Source of the DNA: Tubiluchus corallicola
Lineage: Eukaryota > Animalia > Priapulida
Reading direction: 5' to 3'
DNA: 64,000 nucleotides
NCBI GenBank assembly: GCA_030141605.1
Contig: JAQGDQ010000032.1
Location: forward strand, 882,056 to 946,055
Shown: positions 12,101 to 27,100 of the stretch, piece by piece
Layout: the number at the start of each line of letters is the position of its first letter
How positions within the stretch are numbered: position 1 is the stretch's first letter
Position numbers and translations under genes: made by a program
The notes under the pieces: generated by a model
What the model saw: the letters and a program-made list of their open reading frames with translations, nothing else
What the model was told of the DNA's origin: nothing
Database searches by the model: none

Positions 12101-15100
12101 AGGTGGAAAGGCAGGATAGGGGCATGTATCAGTGCTTGATTGAAAACGAAGAGGAGTCGTATCAAGCCACCGCGGAACTGAAACTGGGAGGTAATGTTTG
12201 CTGTTACTTGGATACCTATAGCAATTGAAAATTTTCTCAAGCACTAAGGAACGAATTATTGAAACAAGGAAGGCTTATTATTGCTTCTTTGTACAATCAT
12301 TGACTTCGGGTCTTAAAAAGTCAACAGACAACATCTAAAACCAAATCTATTTTCCATCACGACACGTTTTGACGAATTGCAGAATTTGTCACAAAAACTA
12401 TCTAGTGTATTGTTAAAGATAACTATTGTATAGATGGTTAGCCTGGCTTCATATATAGCTCAATACAACAGTAAAAACTGGAAATAAATTAGATGTTGAA
12501 GATTGACGATGGACATTTTTTTCAGTTTCTAGACCCATTCTGCACCAAGTATTCTCAGAACAGACCACCCAACAAGGTTCCTCCATATCGTTGGAATGCA
12601 CAGCATCCGGTAGCCCCGTTCCTGATATCGCATGGACACTAGATGACCATCCAATGCCGCCTTACAAAAGATTCACAGTGGAAACCATCATGACGACCAT
12701 TGGTGACGTCACTGGCAGAGTCAATATCTCGAACGTGAGAATAGAAGATGGTGGTTTATACGTATGTGAAACAAGAAATGAACATGGTTCTGCAAAACAT
12801 ACTGCCAGATTAAATGTAATAGGTAAAGCCTGCCTTAAGTTAAAAAAGCTTGTAAATGATGGACATAGTACTGTTTCAACCGTATTCGTATATTTCTCCG
12901 TGGAACAAACAAGTTTTTCGAACTCGTTGCTTCTGGATAATTCCAGTTCAAAAAAGGGAACCATCACTGAGAATCTGTGTCCTTTTGTTTGACGAATAAA
13001 TTATAAAAAAACATTGAAGGTGTAACAAATTATATATTCATAAACGAGGAACTGTTGCGTATTGACCAGCTTTTGATAAAATAATTAATGTAATTACTGG
13101 TAATTAATGGGTGTATCACGCTAAAAAGTTTCAATTTAACATTGTGCAGGTGTTCCATTCATCAAGTTGCTAGATAACGTTACAGCCGTAGCAAACAAAG
13201 ATCTCAAAGTCAAGTGCTACGTTTCTGGTTATCCCATCGAATCCATTACTTGGGAACAAGGTGAGGCTATGAGTAATCCAATTGTGAATAACAATTAAAC
13301 AGATAGACTAATGTACTGTCGTGGTAATCAAGTAAGAAAAAACCTTGATCCAGACTTCTACCTTTTGGTCAAAAACGACTAATATGTTTGATTGACTTTG
13401 GTAAGCGTTGCAAACGCAAACATTCTTTATGTTTTCTTGCGTCTTTTCTTGCAGATGGTCTAAAGCTTCCATTAAACCATCGTCAGCGTGTTGATAAAGA
13501 TGGCACATTGTACATACAAAATGTACAAAGAAGTCAGGACGCTGGAATGTATACCTGTATAGCCAGAAACAGCCAAGGTCAAGGAATGAGACGTAACACT
13601 TTCATCACTGTTCAAGGTATAGGTTTGTGCTAAATGAGACCTAGGGTTCATAAAAAGTGGTGATGCTTATTCAAGATTCAACTGTTCTTTGTTTTGCCAT
13701 TATAACTTGTAATAATATTAACTTAAGAAAAATTACAGAGTTCTTACTCGAACGCTGATAACAAAATTGCTGACGATGAAGGTTCTTGTGATGATGATGT
13801 TGAGGATTATAAAGACGATAGGATGAAGCTGATTATATTGGCCAAGATGACGATAGCGGCAAAATTTTGGCCACAATTGGTGGCGATGATTTTTTTTTAT
13901 TTGGTGACAATGATATAATTATGATGAATAATCACATCGAAGAACAAGAAAAAAGAAAAACATGGACCTAGTGCTGATGATGGTGATGATAATGATGATT
14001 GATGATAATAGTGTTGAAAAGAAGAGAGCGGGTGAAAATAAAAAAAGAAAAAGAAGAGAAGGAGAAAGAGGAATAATAAGGACAACAATGCTTAGGATAA
14101 CCTCAATGTCAGTGGTTTACACCTGTACCAAAACGGAATACACTGTCTAATAATGAAATACTAACTGGCTAAACTGCTATATGAATGTAATTGATTTCGA
14201 ACTTACGAATATACACAATCCAGGCAATTTTTCTGCATGCCAATCAAAAATTATTTAAGTTAATAAACTGTGCTTTGTGGTTTATTATTAATAAACCAAC
14301 TGAAAACTATTGTTAAATAAAATATTTCTCAATTTTCTGCGAAATGAGCCAATTTTATAACAAAGTCCCAGGGTTTACTTCTCACCCAAACTGATGTTAT
14401 CTGTTTTAAGAGCACTTTGGGAAATCAGACGAACTGTGTGTAAAACCCTATTTACTGGAATGGCAATTGTCAGCGAAGTATAGCTGGTAAGCTAAAAACT
14501 GAAAGAAATTTAATGAATTTGTACGAATTCAATGTTTACAATTGTTTGTTCTTTTATTCTAGACAATATCAAAAGTATAAAAAAATGATCTCCATAAAGG
14601 TAGAGTACAGTTTAAGAAAAAATTGTACGAAAGTCATTTACAAGAAAAAGAAACAGCATAGGGCCCAGCACAGCGTCTTGTTGGAACTTCAGGAAAACAC
14701 TAATTGAATATAGGGCTTGCAAATTCTCAAACCATCAAAAGTCATTTCGAGTTGACTATACAGCTCAGATTCGTATCAGTTTGCTCAAACGAAAACTTAG
14801 CATTCATTAAACGCGCACATCTTTTTTCGGAGCAAAAATGAGCAGCCCAATTTATAATATTCATTTTCCTTATAAATATTAGGCCGTAGGGCTTGGCAAA
14901 CATTTCACATCATTCTGCGGATTATAACTGCCGTCTACAACTGTGCATGAATTTTAAACATGGCACACTGTCATCGTAGGCTTCCTATATTGCGCTTTCA
15001 ATTGTGGAAACAAAATAGGAGATCAGCAGCCGAAACCTGAAAACCCAAATAGACTTCCACTTGATGACTCCGCTTGTTATTTTTTGTGTGCGTTATTGTA

Positions 15101-18100
15101 TTATTGTTTCATATTAGGAAATCAATACAGTTATTATTCGGACCGTCTGAAGCTGCTAAGGAATTTTGCACACATGTAATCAAGTATTTTTCACGTTTTT
15201 ATTTTTTCCTGTGAAACACATTCCACGCTGTTACAGGGCTACCTACATGTAGCTCTTTTGTCTAGGTTGATGGATTTAGTAAAAGGTGCAAGATCGTGCG
15301 CAGCTACAGAAAGTGGCCTTGAAGAACGAAAACTTAATTAACACATTTTAAAAGTGCAATAAATTTAATTAGTTTGTTGTTTTAACAGCCATTTCACTGA
15401 GTTGCTACTTGTCAATCGCGTACAAGAAAATTGCGTTTCCTTTATCTTATTGAGATTGACAAAATGAGAACGGCTACACGTAGTAATTGAAAAATGACTT
15501 GTATTAGTTACATGCACAGATCATTAAAATTAGAACGGCTGTTTATTAATACATGTTTTTGTTAATTGTTTTACTTAGTGCATGTATAAGCCTATATTTG
15601 TTCACTCTTATAGTCACAGAAAATATCTCGAAAGGCTGCTGCTGTATTAAAGTGATTTATTTCTCGCATCGGCCAACATTTCAATTAAAAGTTACTTAAA
15701 ATAGTCTAAACCTATATCATCGACATTTATTAAACAGATGTGTAGAAATTAATAATTGCAAACTTTTAAATTTTCTTTTTCATTCTTCGCTTTAACATAC
15801 TTATCAAGCTAGAAGAGAATCTTTCATCTTTCCAGCTCTATCATGTTATGTTTTTTCTTTTCAAGTGCCTCCGAAAATCGATCCATTTGAATTTCCGAAA
15901 CTTCATCCTGGAGAACGAACCCGCATCAACTGCGTGGTATCCAGTGGTGATTTACCTATTACCATAAGGTAAAATAAATTTGGTTTTATGTTATAATTAT
16001 GTGTGCCTAATTACACAATTGTATATAATTTTGAAAATAACTATTATAGAATATAGCTCGTTTACAAAGTTGCTCAATCAGTATGGTATTCAACTCTCAA
16101 TAACAGGACTTACTTACTTGTTTTGTTGATTATTGCGACAGGACTGGTACCTAAATCATTCTCAATGTTACTAAACGGCAGCTGTAACATGGCACATTTT
16201 TAATAAATGAGTCAAATAGTCGAAGGCTGTATAGGCAAGTGAATAAGCGTATTTACTAACGGTCATCTTTCTATTTATTAACCAGGCTCTGCGTTGCTTA
16301 AGTTTGATCTATAAGCACACACTGTGACCACTCAGCTAAAACCTTAGATATTTCATAATTAGCAAGTTGGGCTCTATAGTTAATCCGATTTTCCTATTAG
16401 TGCCTGTGAAAAAAGGGGAGACAATCCTTGTTGCAAGTAAAGCAAGTCTTTGTATATCAGGTTTGCCGTACGTACAACAAACGACCTCTCACATACGTTA
16501 CACGCTAGGTAAACGTATTGTAGCATTTTTTTAAATATTTTAATATCTTTTATAGAATTGAACATTTATGGAAAGTATTTGTACTTATTAAAATATTTAT
16601 TTCACGCAGTTGGGTTAAGAATGGTAAACCCATACCACCTGGATTAGGTATCATAACCAGAGGTGATGAATTCTCCAGCTCATTAAGCATCAGTGATATA
16701 AATCCGCGCCATGATGGTGATTATACCTGCATAGCTCAGAATGCTGCTGCTTCCGCTAATTACACTGCACACCTGGCTGTAGACGGTATGAACTTATAAG
16801 CATTTAACTACTATTACACTACGGGAAAAGTTAATTAATCTTTAGCTGAATGTAACGTTTCATTTTACAGATTTCTTGTAAAATATTTTTCAAAATAAAA
16901 ACAGGTCTCTGGAACTGCAGCAGCCATCCTACCTAGTCTGCTAAGGTAAAGCAATCCTCGCATTTACCTATGAAGTTCCATTTTAAAGATTTAAGTCGAT
17001 TTTCGTCAATGCAAACATTTTTCAGTGCCTCCATCATGGAGCGTTGAACCTCAGGACATAGCTGTGGTGGTTGGAGAATCAGTTTCCATGGATTGTATAG
17101 CAAGTGGAGTCCCAACACCAACAGTATTGTGGAGAAAATCCCTTGGTATTATATCATTATCCATTGTACAATTAAATTGTGTTATTCTGCATAATAGGCA
17201 ATGTTTAATTGCTTTAAAATGTAATTACACTAATGAAATAGTTAGGAGATCGCTTTGAGAGGTTCATTCAAAAGAGATTATAAAAATCAATCATTATAAA
17301 AATCAATCAATAAGCGATTACAAAAATAACCAGGTGACAGCTAAACTGATTCAATAAACCACCCCAAATGCCAATCAGCCAAGCTATCCTGTTACTCCCC
17401 AACCTATTACAACATCATTCGTCGAACTGCCCAGTCATTCAATGTTCCAACCACCCATAGCCAATCATCATCATGTGGCTGATCAACTGAACTAAACCAA
17501 TGCGCTGACTATGTATCTGGCAGCAAGTCAGCAACACACCTATACAACCGCAAAAACATCAATCGAGTCATACAATCTCTTACCCAACTATGTAACCAAC
17601 CGACCGACCGGCCAACCATGAAACCAACTAACTAAAGTTACTGAACAACAAAGTAGCCAACCAACTAAATTATAAACAGCTTTTATATTTTTTGCGCATT
17701 TTAGATTCCGAACTAGGAAACTACGTAAATTTGACAGAAAGGGGAAGTGGTACTTACGTGTTGTCAAATGGAACACTAGTGATAGACACAGCAACAGAAG
17801 ATGCTCATGGTTACTACCTGTGTCACGTCAGTAATGGCGTTAAACCAGATCTGAGCAAGCTCATCTTTCTTACTGTGCACGGTAAGTGGTAATCCAAAAG
17901 GTTGGTCTTTCGTGTAACAGAATAATTGTCAGAAACAATTTAACTACTAGGAGGACAGGTAGATATTAGGTAACCTTGGGGCCTTGTTCAGTATGGTGCC
18001 TTATACACTATTAGAATGGCACCTAGGAATAAAAGACCAAAGTCACAAATTAATGATGAATTTAAATTTTGAAGTTTACTAACATGAAAATGCACAAGGC

Positions 18101-21100
18101 AGGTGATTCAGATTCACGGTTTATATTCTACTGAGATTTGACGTAGATAAATGACAAATTAAAAAAGACTGATTACATCAACGCAAAAACTGATTAGTAC
18201 TTAATGAGATGCCTAACATGCTGTTCGTTAGTTCTATTTGCTAGTGTCTACAATCAAAGTAATGCAACTGTTTACACTGGTCTCTTTCAGGCACGTTCTT
18301 TACATTTTCCTTAAATCATTTCGCGTGAACAAAATGCTCAGTAAGCTTACATCATCAGATTGTGCATGTAAGTAACGTTGTTGCCTGTAAGAGTCGTAAA
18401 TGAAGCAATAATTTAATGTAATTAGGAACGGTAACAAAATCAGGAATAGGTTTGACAGACAAAGGCAATCAGTAATAATTACAGTAAATTGGAGTTTAAT
18501 TATCTTGGCAATAATTTACAGTTTCTGCACACTTCTTGGATTCGAGCAGGCAAGATACAGCCATCAAGGATGAAGAAGTGTCCATAGAATGTGCGGCTAG
18601 GGGTGATAAACCCATGGGGATGATTTGGATTATTGGCGGAACTAGACTGAAGAATATTCATGATAATAGGTTGGTATACTTTGTGGCGTCTTCGATTTTA
18701 GTACAAAGGGTTCGATACTGATATTTCAAATGAAATATTTCAAATGTGAGACAGTGAAGATATATTGGTGTAACACAGGTGAAAATGGGAATTCCATTAA
18801 AACGTGACACAATGAGAATCCAAGTGATACTGGTCTAATGCACTGAAATGTGATTTTGGTTACTGATAAGTGTTATGTGTTGTAATGTAAAGATCTATGC
18901 CTATAGTTGATTCACTTGAATAGCCAAGATACTTGGATATCCTAAGCCATATTTAAATGTTCCTTGCTGCAAAAAAATTGTTAACATTTTCAATTTATTT
19001 TCCTAGCAAATTTTAAAGATAATAAAATCAGACACAGAATATAAGGAAAACTATGATACGCTACTTGTCCTTGCTGCTAACCATTTTCTGCATATTGCAA
19101 TCAGTGCTGGTTACAACTATCCACAGGACTATCATGCACTTACCTATAGAAATATACTAGTGTGATTTCGTAAGACAATAAAAAATAACTTCTTTATAAA
19201 GAATATCAAAAGAGGATTTCCCACTGGAGGATGGCATGGGATCTCGCTTGACTATTAACAAAGTAAAACGTTCAGATAGCGATGGCTACACGTGCATCGC
19301 TACCAATGCTTATGGGCATGACAGCATGACTATTAACCTTAAAATAATGGGTAAGTTGCACTTACTTTTTTGTAGTTTTGCGAAATGCATTAGTTTTAAT
19401 ACGGACGAGTGTGATGAGAAAGACTTGGCACATGCTTTAATGGACAGAATTACAACTGCAAAACCAAAAAAGCAGAAAGTGAAAAAAATCAACGTTTTAT
19501 TTCTGTAAAATGCTTAAATTCGTGTGGGTTACCAACGCTTTATACTTTCTTATGTTAATATAAAACACTGTGTGTTTAGAAGCAAAGAAAATACAAAAGT
19601 ATTTACATTTACATTGCAGAAAAACCAGAAGCACCCAATAATGTCCAAGTAAATGGGTACAGCAGCAGGACAGTTCAACTGTCGTGGGATATTCCCTATG
19701 ACGGGAACAGTCCAATAACGAAATATAAAGTAGAATATTTGAACAAAACGGGTAAGCTGTTTAACACTATGTATGTTTGAGGTTTTGGTTCGATATTATA
19801 CTTCCTATATTTCTCTATAGTAGTACAATAGGGCTATCATAAATTATCTATAAAATGAATGGTATTTATTCTCTTTTGAAACTTTGCATGACGGCAATAA
19901 TGTATTGTGGTTTGCTTTAGCACCATATGATAAAGCCATACGCTTTAACACCTTGAAACCTTTAGTGATAATATGTTATTCTGGTTTAGGGCCTTGGCAA
20001 GGGCATTTGTCTTCAGCTTGGCTCAACTCCAATATAACCGTAAAGACCATTTCAGATCTTCTACCTTCCTTTACTTATCAATTCAGAATCTATGCTTATA
20101 ATGCACTGGGCCAAAGTGAACCAAGCGAAACTGTGGCAGTCACTACGGAGGACGAAGGTTAGAAATTATTAGACTTGATAACAATTTTGAACGATTGCCT
20201 TTTTGCCATTCGATTGTGCTACAGATCTAGACATCTTTCAGGTAACAGGTAAGATTAGAGTATCCAGTCAAGGCTTTTTGAATACAATTGTCAGTCAGTA
20301 ACTTTGCAATCATTTACCCGATTCTGACAAAACATAAACAGCACCAGTAATAATAATGCACAATTTTGTTGTTGTTGTTTCAGTTCCAGCAGGATCACCC
20401 ACTGATATTGAAGCTGGAGCAACAAGCTCACAGACAATTCTAGTCTCTTGGATGGTAAAATATTTAATACTACAATTCACTTGATTTCAATGAAAACACT
20501 TTAAGTGAAAAACAAAACTTAGTGAATCATGCATTTAATATGCATTTTGGACTGAATTACTTTTTGATAATGTAAAAATTGTCAAAATACAAATTACGTA
20601 ATGCAAGTTTATGTAAACGATTTACGTAAGTGATAATGCGCACTTAACTTGTCAAAAAAGTGGCAAGAATCCTATGTAGTCGTAAATTTTAAATCTCACT
20701 TTCCCAAGCAACTTAACAGATACATGTCATACATGTTTATGTTAGTCTTTCACATTAATTTGCTATTAATTTTATAATATTACAATATTAACAAAAATTC
20801 TGTCATTTTACAAATTTCCTTTAACGGCTTATATTTACACATATGCCAGACTTGGGTAAAATTACTGTTACTGTTTTAATTTTAGCCGCCTAACAAAAAT
20901 CTTCAGAATGGAAAACTTCAAGGATACTATGTGGGATACAAAATCTACAATAGTTCATCTCCTTACCTCTACCACACAGTGCCAATAAATGACCTTCGTC
21001 AGCATGCTCTCACAAACCTGAACAAATTCACTAGCTACAGTATTGTGGTGCAAGCTTTTAATCGACGTGGTGCTGGACCTCGTAGCAAGGAAGTCGTTGT

Positions 21101-24100
21101 AAGGACTCTTGAAGATGGTAAGAACTGGTAGATACGAAGCAAGCAAGTAAGCAAACAAGTAAACTAAAAGTACATTAACAAGTTTTTTCTAACGATTTTT
21201 GGCAGCTCTTCCAAAAGAACTGTATGCATCACAGTTGACACAACATTTTCAATAATTATATTTGGATCAGCTATAACACTCTTCATATTTCAGTACCTAG
21301 CAGTCCGCCTCAAGGAGTCCAGACAACAGTTTTATCCGCTATGAGTATAAACGTAGTTTGGCTACCCCCATCATTTGAAAATCTTCATGGAATCTTGCAG
21401 GGATATAAAGTTTTGTATGTTCCAGTACGTGATGATGACTGTAAGTATATAAATATTCGGTACAAGCTCCAATAGTAATTAAGCAAGTTAATACGTTTGC
21501 CCACAGTAAGAATAATGCATAAAATGATTCCTAAAATTTGTCTAAAGTTGCATACGGACTACAGAATCTATAGATGCTTGAAAAGTACTTAAGATTCGAT
21601 GTTTTTGATGATTTGCTTACGACCGCTTCTTTGTCAAAAAGTCAGTCAACTTTTATTACAGATGTTGCAGAGGAGCGAGAAAAGTCTACAACTGGTTTAA
21701 CGGCTACCCTGTACGGACTAGAGAAATACACTAATTATAGTATACAGGTGCTTGCGTACACAAGAATGGGAGATGGGATCAAGAGTGCCCCAGTCTACAA
21801 AAGAACATTCCAAGATGGTACGAATGAGTGTTCTTTTAAAAAATTTCTCAGCTCGGCGCATCATAATGCAAGTCAACACTGAAAACTACATTCACTTGAA
21901 AATCAATGCGCTAAGTCACAACTTGAGTTTGATATTTGAAGTTCAATGTCGTATTAATTGCCTGTATATAAATTTGCAAAATAAGCATGTGTATAGTGCG
22001 TAATGCATATGTGAATTCTTACTGCAGTTCCAGGTCAACCTGCTGACGTCAAAGCATTAGCAGCTTCACCTCACAGTGTGGTCATAACATGGAGGAAGCC
22101 ACTGCATCCCAATGGAATCATTAACAAATACTTTATATACGTTAAACACAATGATCGTGATGGAAAGGAGGTAGGCTTAATCTTATCACACAGTCTAGCA
22201 TAAGAATCAATCGCTGCAAGTTCCATAATTATCATCTGAACTTATAACTGTGGTTATCAAAACCCCCACGCCCCCCCCCCAAGGTAAGGCAGTTCATAAT
22301 TCATGTTCAGAATTGATTTGTAAATTTAGCTGCACAAATCGCTCAATATGCTGATTGTTGGATTTAGCTTACATTTTATGATAAAGTAATTTTATTTTGG
22401 TTTGTTGTTAGAAGAAGCGCTCCCATGGTTTCAAAAATCGCAAACTGGTGAGCATTATAATAATGACGTGAATGATGTCTGTTTATAATTTTTCATTAAT
22501 TTTGCCGATGCATGATTAATATTTAAGCTGTAGCTACCTTTGCACCCTAGGCCTCTACCACACAAAAATTATACTTATATATATTGATGGCGCTTCATTC
22601 TTGCACTTATAATTTAATTTTGTAATCGTATAATTTATTATCAATAAGTTTAAGCTTTTGTATCGCTCCCGTTATGCACACTTTGCCATTTTAGTATTAT
22701 AAGTTGACATTCGTGTATAACATGGCAGCCTACAATGCATGCTAATTTGATATAATGATAATTTTGCATGTTTTTGCATGATGCAGAACATGATATGATC
22801 ACGTGATCCAATTTTGCTCCATTGCATTAACCTGGATGCCCATTTCAAAATAAATCAGGATAATTAAAATTGATTTTTGTCTTCTTCATTAATTGATTTG
22901 CATTTTAACTTCATTAAGATAATGTAGGAAAGAATTTTCAGCAAACTAGAAGGTAATTGATCAACTTTAGCAAAAATTTTACTGTGTTTTAATTAAGATC
23001 TGCGTGACATTCTCTTCTAAAAATAAACGTTGTATATGCGGTATTTCAAAAATGTTTTACAGATGTCATTTTAAAAATTCCGTGGTGCTTTAACACTTGG
23101 ATGCGAAATACGCATTTGAAAAACAACATTTTGCATTCTAGAAAAGAGAAAAGATTGATGTCAGTTCGAGTCAGCTTTCATACGAAGTGCATGATCTTAG
23201 AGAGAATCAGGAATACACGTTTTGGGTTTCTGCTGTCACTTTAGTTGGAGAAGGCGAAAAAACAAGACCAATTACTCAGTCGCCTAGCAAAAAAAGTAAC
23301 TTTAACTTCTTTTTTCATATTAGTTACTTTAAATTTTATTTACTGATACAGCTGAAACAAAATGAATGCGTTTTAAAATTATTACTACCGAAAAGATGTA
23401 ACATAGAACAAGTATCAGACAGGAATTACCACCATGTAAACTTATCTGAACGTCAAGCACTAAACAATTGCATCATGCTGTGATAAGTTTTTCAATTAAA
23501 CAGCGAGAGTATGACTTCCATTATTCATTAATGGGGGTGCGTACTAACATCTTAAACTCTTTAAAATTCACACGTACTTTCAAAAATCTCGCCAAACGCC
23601 AATTTGCAGTTTTTTGCTCCCAAAAAATGGCAACTGTTCCCAAATGCTACCATAATAAGACCCGCCTTCAAAATTTAACGAAAGTTGCTTCAAAATCTAA
23701 TTTACTTTTATCTGACGTAGTTGCAGCCCGCATCGCTTCGTTTAACGAGCAAATTGTTGTAAAATGGAAAGATGAAGTCGTTCTACCTTGCTTACCAGTA
23801 GGACGTCCCGATCCTCAGATGGAATGGAGATACAAGTAAGTTTTAATTCTGGGAAGTTGTCTGAAAATCTAATTGAAATGTCCGCTGTCATTTACATTTT
23901 TTCAAAGTTTTCTATAATAGTAACTGGTCATATTTGTTAGTTGAGTTATTCAAAGTCTTTGAGGCACATTTTACGTCGCATATTTCACTTCCTCCGACAA
24001 GAAAAGCTTAACGAATATTCCTAATATTAAGGAAGAGAATGAAACAAAGGTATTCTCTTACTTTCAGTGAAGTGACGCCATTGTCTGCCTGCCTGCCTTC

Positions 24101-27100
24101 TCAACCTAGACGTATTTCGGCTTGCTCTCGTGCATGTCGTAGTCAAAGCATACAACTACATAGCCATAGCCATATTCTTGTTGCTTAAACTTTTTATCAA
24201 TTTTAGAGTAACGCCAATAAGTTAGTCGAGCAGCCATATACTTGACAGTCTAAATACATTCTCGTTTTCTGAATCTTTAAGTGGTGACTTCTTATGCACA
24301 CTGTGCACTTCCTTTTTACTCAGCCTCTTTCCTGACTGGCCAACTACCCGACTTGAAGTGATTTCTCAAATTGAAAGCTTTTGTTCCATGTGTTTTTACA
24401 ATTCATTGTTTAATCACCATCTTTGTGGTGGCCATGATGTTCACTCGATTAAAATCTTAGTTTTGAAAAAATTGAATCTAGAAAACTCTTCTATATTTAT
24501 ATCAAATCTAAACCTAAATTTTCACTACCTGTTTATTTCAGCGGTGATGTAATTCAGTCATCGTCGGCTGTGCGAATTCTACATAATGGCTCCCTATACA
24601 TACGACAGGTGGAAACCAGAAATGCTGGTAATTACACATGCCGAGTTGTCAACGTCTATGGAGCTGACGAAATATCCCACGTGCTAATTATTCAAGGTAA
24701 GCACCTGCATACAGAAGCTTTTACAGTGTCGCTGCGCCATAGACTTACTTTTTGTCAGCATCTTCATTCTGTTGGCAACAAGATCAAAACGATGGGGACA
24801 TCATCATTGTCTCCATTTATTTCTTAAATTTGTACTACTAGTCACATCGTCAGTGTGCCATCATCATCATCATCACCATCACATCACCGTCATCATCATC
24901 ATCATCATCATCATCGTCGTCGTCGTCGTCATCATCATTGTCATCGCCATTTTGGCATTGTTGCCATAATCACCGTTATTGTTATCGTCAGTGTCACCAG
25001 GATTGTGGATCATCGTAATGATTGTACTCGCCACAGTCATTGCCGTCGTCACCATCAGCATCCACACCACCTGCACCATTGACGTCTAACATAATGTCAA
25101 TCATTTTCGTTGACTGCCCAATCAGCGTGCAAGTTATTTCACACCCCTGATGAGCTTAATGAAGGTAGGTACGTTCGGGACATTTAGCTACAGCTCCGTC
25201 TAACACTGTTATGAAAAATACTCAAATTTTCAGTAATTAGCGAGATAAATATTGGCCTACTTCTAGATTTTGTTATTGTCAATTGAAATTGCAAGTGAAT
25301 TAGTGGAAATATATAGTCTAGTTTCGTTTATAGGAAGAAATGCACAACGCTTACGTCTATGAGTTGCTGATTAAACTATTTTGCAATCAAGAAAATACGC
25401 AGTTTAGTTTATGGCTTTGCAAGTTAGATAAAAACAGCTATGTGATTAACTTTGAATAAGGACAAAACAAAATGTTTTCTTTTTTGGCCAGTTTTTATAA
25501 ACCTCAATGAGATCTTCACAATCAAAATGAATTCAAATGTGGTCAAAACTCATATTATACATCAATGTAATATTAGTTAATTTTACGCTATTTTTATGGT
25601 TATAATCGTGGTTAAAAGATGGTTTTTTGGGCTTATGTAACTCGGGTATTCAATATAAGGGTCATCTATGGAAAAGGACAATCAAATTTAGTCCATTTCC
25701 GTTACCTGACAAACAGAAAAATGCAAAAACTGAATAAATCTTGCAGACGAGCACATGATCAGTTACTATAGAAAAATACATCGCTGGCATGAAGTTCGTA
25801 TGTTTAAAGGCAAGAGAGACTTAACATTTTTGTTGCTCATTTATTGTAAAGCAAGTTTCTGTATTATAATGTCTCTGTACTTTGTAGTGCTTTGAAACTT
25901 CGCCTCTACATTCTGTTTAAATTTGAAAAGTCATTTTTGGCTACTTGAAGTGTTAATTTCGTGTAAAAATGGCTGCTGCTCTGCAAATTCGAGCTTATGA
26001 AAAAGTGCAATCAGTTTATCTGCTGGTTAGAGACATTAGCTGTGACTGTCGTGTTGTTTAGTTTAGTTTAGTTTAGTTTAGTTTAGTTTAGTTTAGTTTA
26101 GTTTAGTTTAGTTTAGTTTAGTTTAGTTTAGTTTAGTTTAGCTTAGTTTAGTTTAGCTTAGTTTAGCTTAGTTTAGTTTAGCTTAGCTTAGTTTAGCTTA
26201 GCTTAGCTTAGCTTAGCTTAGCTTATCTTAGCTTAGCTTAGTTTAGCTTAGCTTAGTTTAGTTTAGACAGTTGTTGTCCAGCGTGAGCTGTTGTCCTGAA
26301 TGCCGCTGAGCGTGCTTACGTTACAGCGGAGGCGGAGCAATAGACCAATATGTTTGACGTCAATTATGTGCTATCGTTTTCATCACCACTGTCCTCATCA
26401 ACTTTTAGATTTTGACACCTTTTTAACATTGTAACAAGGAATCATTGTAATTAATTTCATGATTTTTTATAATTTCTAAAAGTCAAGAGATCCTGCGACG
26501 TCTAAGTAAATATAACTGTCATATTAATTTAGTTGCCATTAATGACCATATTACTTACATTTTAAGTTATTGTAGTTTAACAATTACTCTCCTTGATTTT
26601 ATTCTATCCCAGTATCAAGTGGCTCTGTATGTAAGTAGGAGATGGATACCATTAGTGCATATTAGCTGTAGGTCTAATATCTCTTGTATCGTGGATAGAC
26701 ATTCTCATACTTAAGGCGTGTTCAGACTAGTGGTTTTCTGTAGCGAGTTTTCCCTCTGACAGCAATCTCGCAGCAGTGCATTGTTGTTGCTTTACAGTTG
26801 GCGAGTTATTGCAAACTCTCCGACAGTTGCTGCGAGTTGATTTCCTGCGAGTTGCCGTCTAGTGTGAATGCCTCGGCGAGTTACTCTCGACACTAGTCTT
26901 GTCGCTGAACGCAGTGAGTGTCAGCTCGGAGAGTAATTCGCAGCAAGTTTTACTCTGTAGCTTGTGAGTTACTTGGCAAGCCACTCAGCGAGAAAATTCC
27001 CTAGTCTGAACGCGCCGTTGGTATTTGTAAATCTTTCAATTGTTGGTTAGCTATACTACATCATGTGCCTGTGTATCTCAAGCTTGTATATGCACTGCCA

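Larger units (their letters stand above)
6182..19350 (+). other. Dscam: Dscam Ig1-Ig9 coding exons (14 exons)
   Basis: Each domain has the Ig C...W...YxC pattern (mostly DxGxYxC). Ig1 6182-6511; Ig2 9278-9424 + 9634-9783; Ig3 11200-11484; Ig4 11918-12190; Ig5 12526-12822; Ig6 13150-13260 + 13455-13616; Ig7 15866-15968 + 16610-16785; Ig8 17026-17145 + 17705-17881; Ig9 18522-18669 + 19202-19350. Confidence 0.93.

Noticed and set aside
6512-15865. Hypervariable Dscam exon arrays (exon 4/6/9 type) in the larger introns
   Set aside because: No repeated Ig-like exon sequence seen; the introns are explained by MITEs and low-complexity DNA. A tBLASTn check would make this definitive.
24772-25082. 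Poly-His/Ile/Met ORFs (also 47967-48369, 47028-47327, 13897-14150, 9021-9221)
   Set aside because: Translations of (CAT)n or low-complexity intronic tracts.
25146-25180. CTGATGA hammerhead-like motif
   Set aside because: The required GAAA box is replaced (GGTAC) and stem II is only 3 bp; too degraded to support.
26056-26266. Interstitial telomere or CRISPR-like array
   Set aside because: Units are GTTTA/GCTTA rather than TTAGG/TTAGGG, there are no spacers, and the context is eukaryotic.
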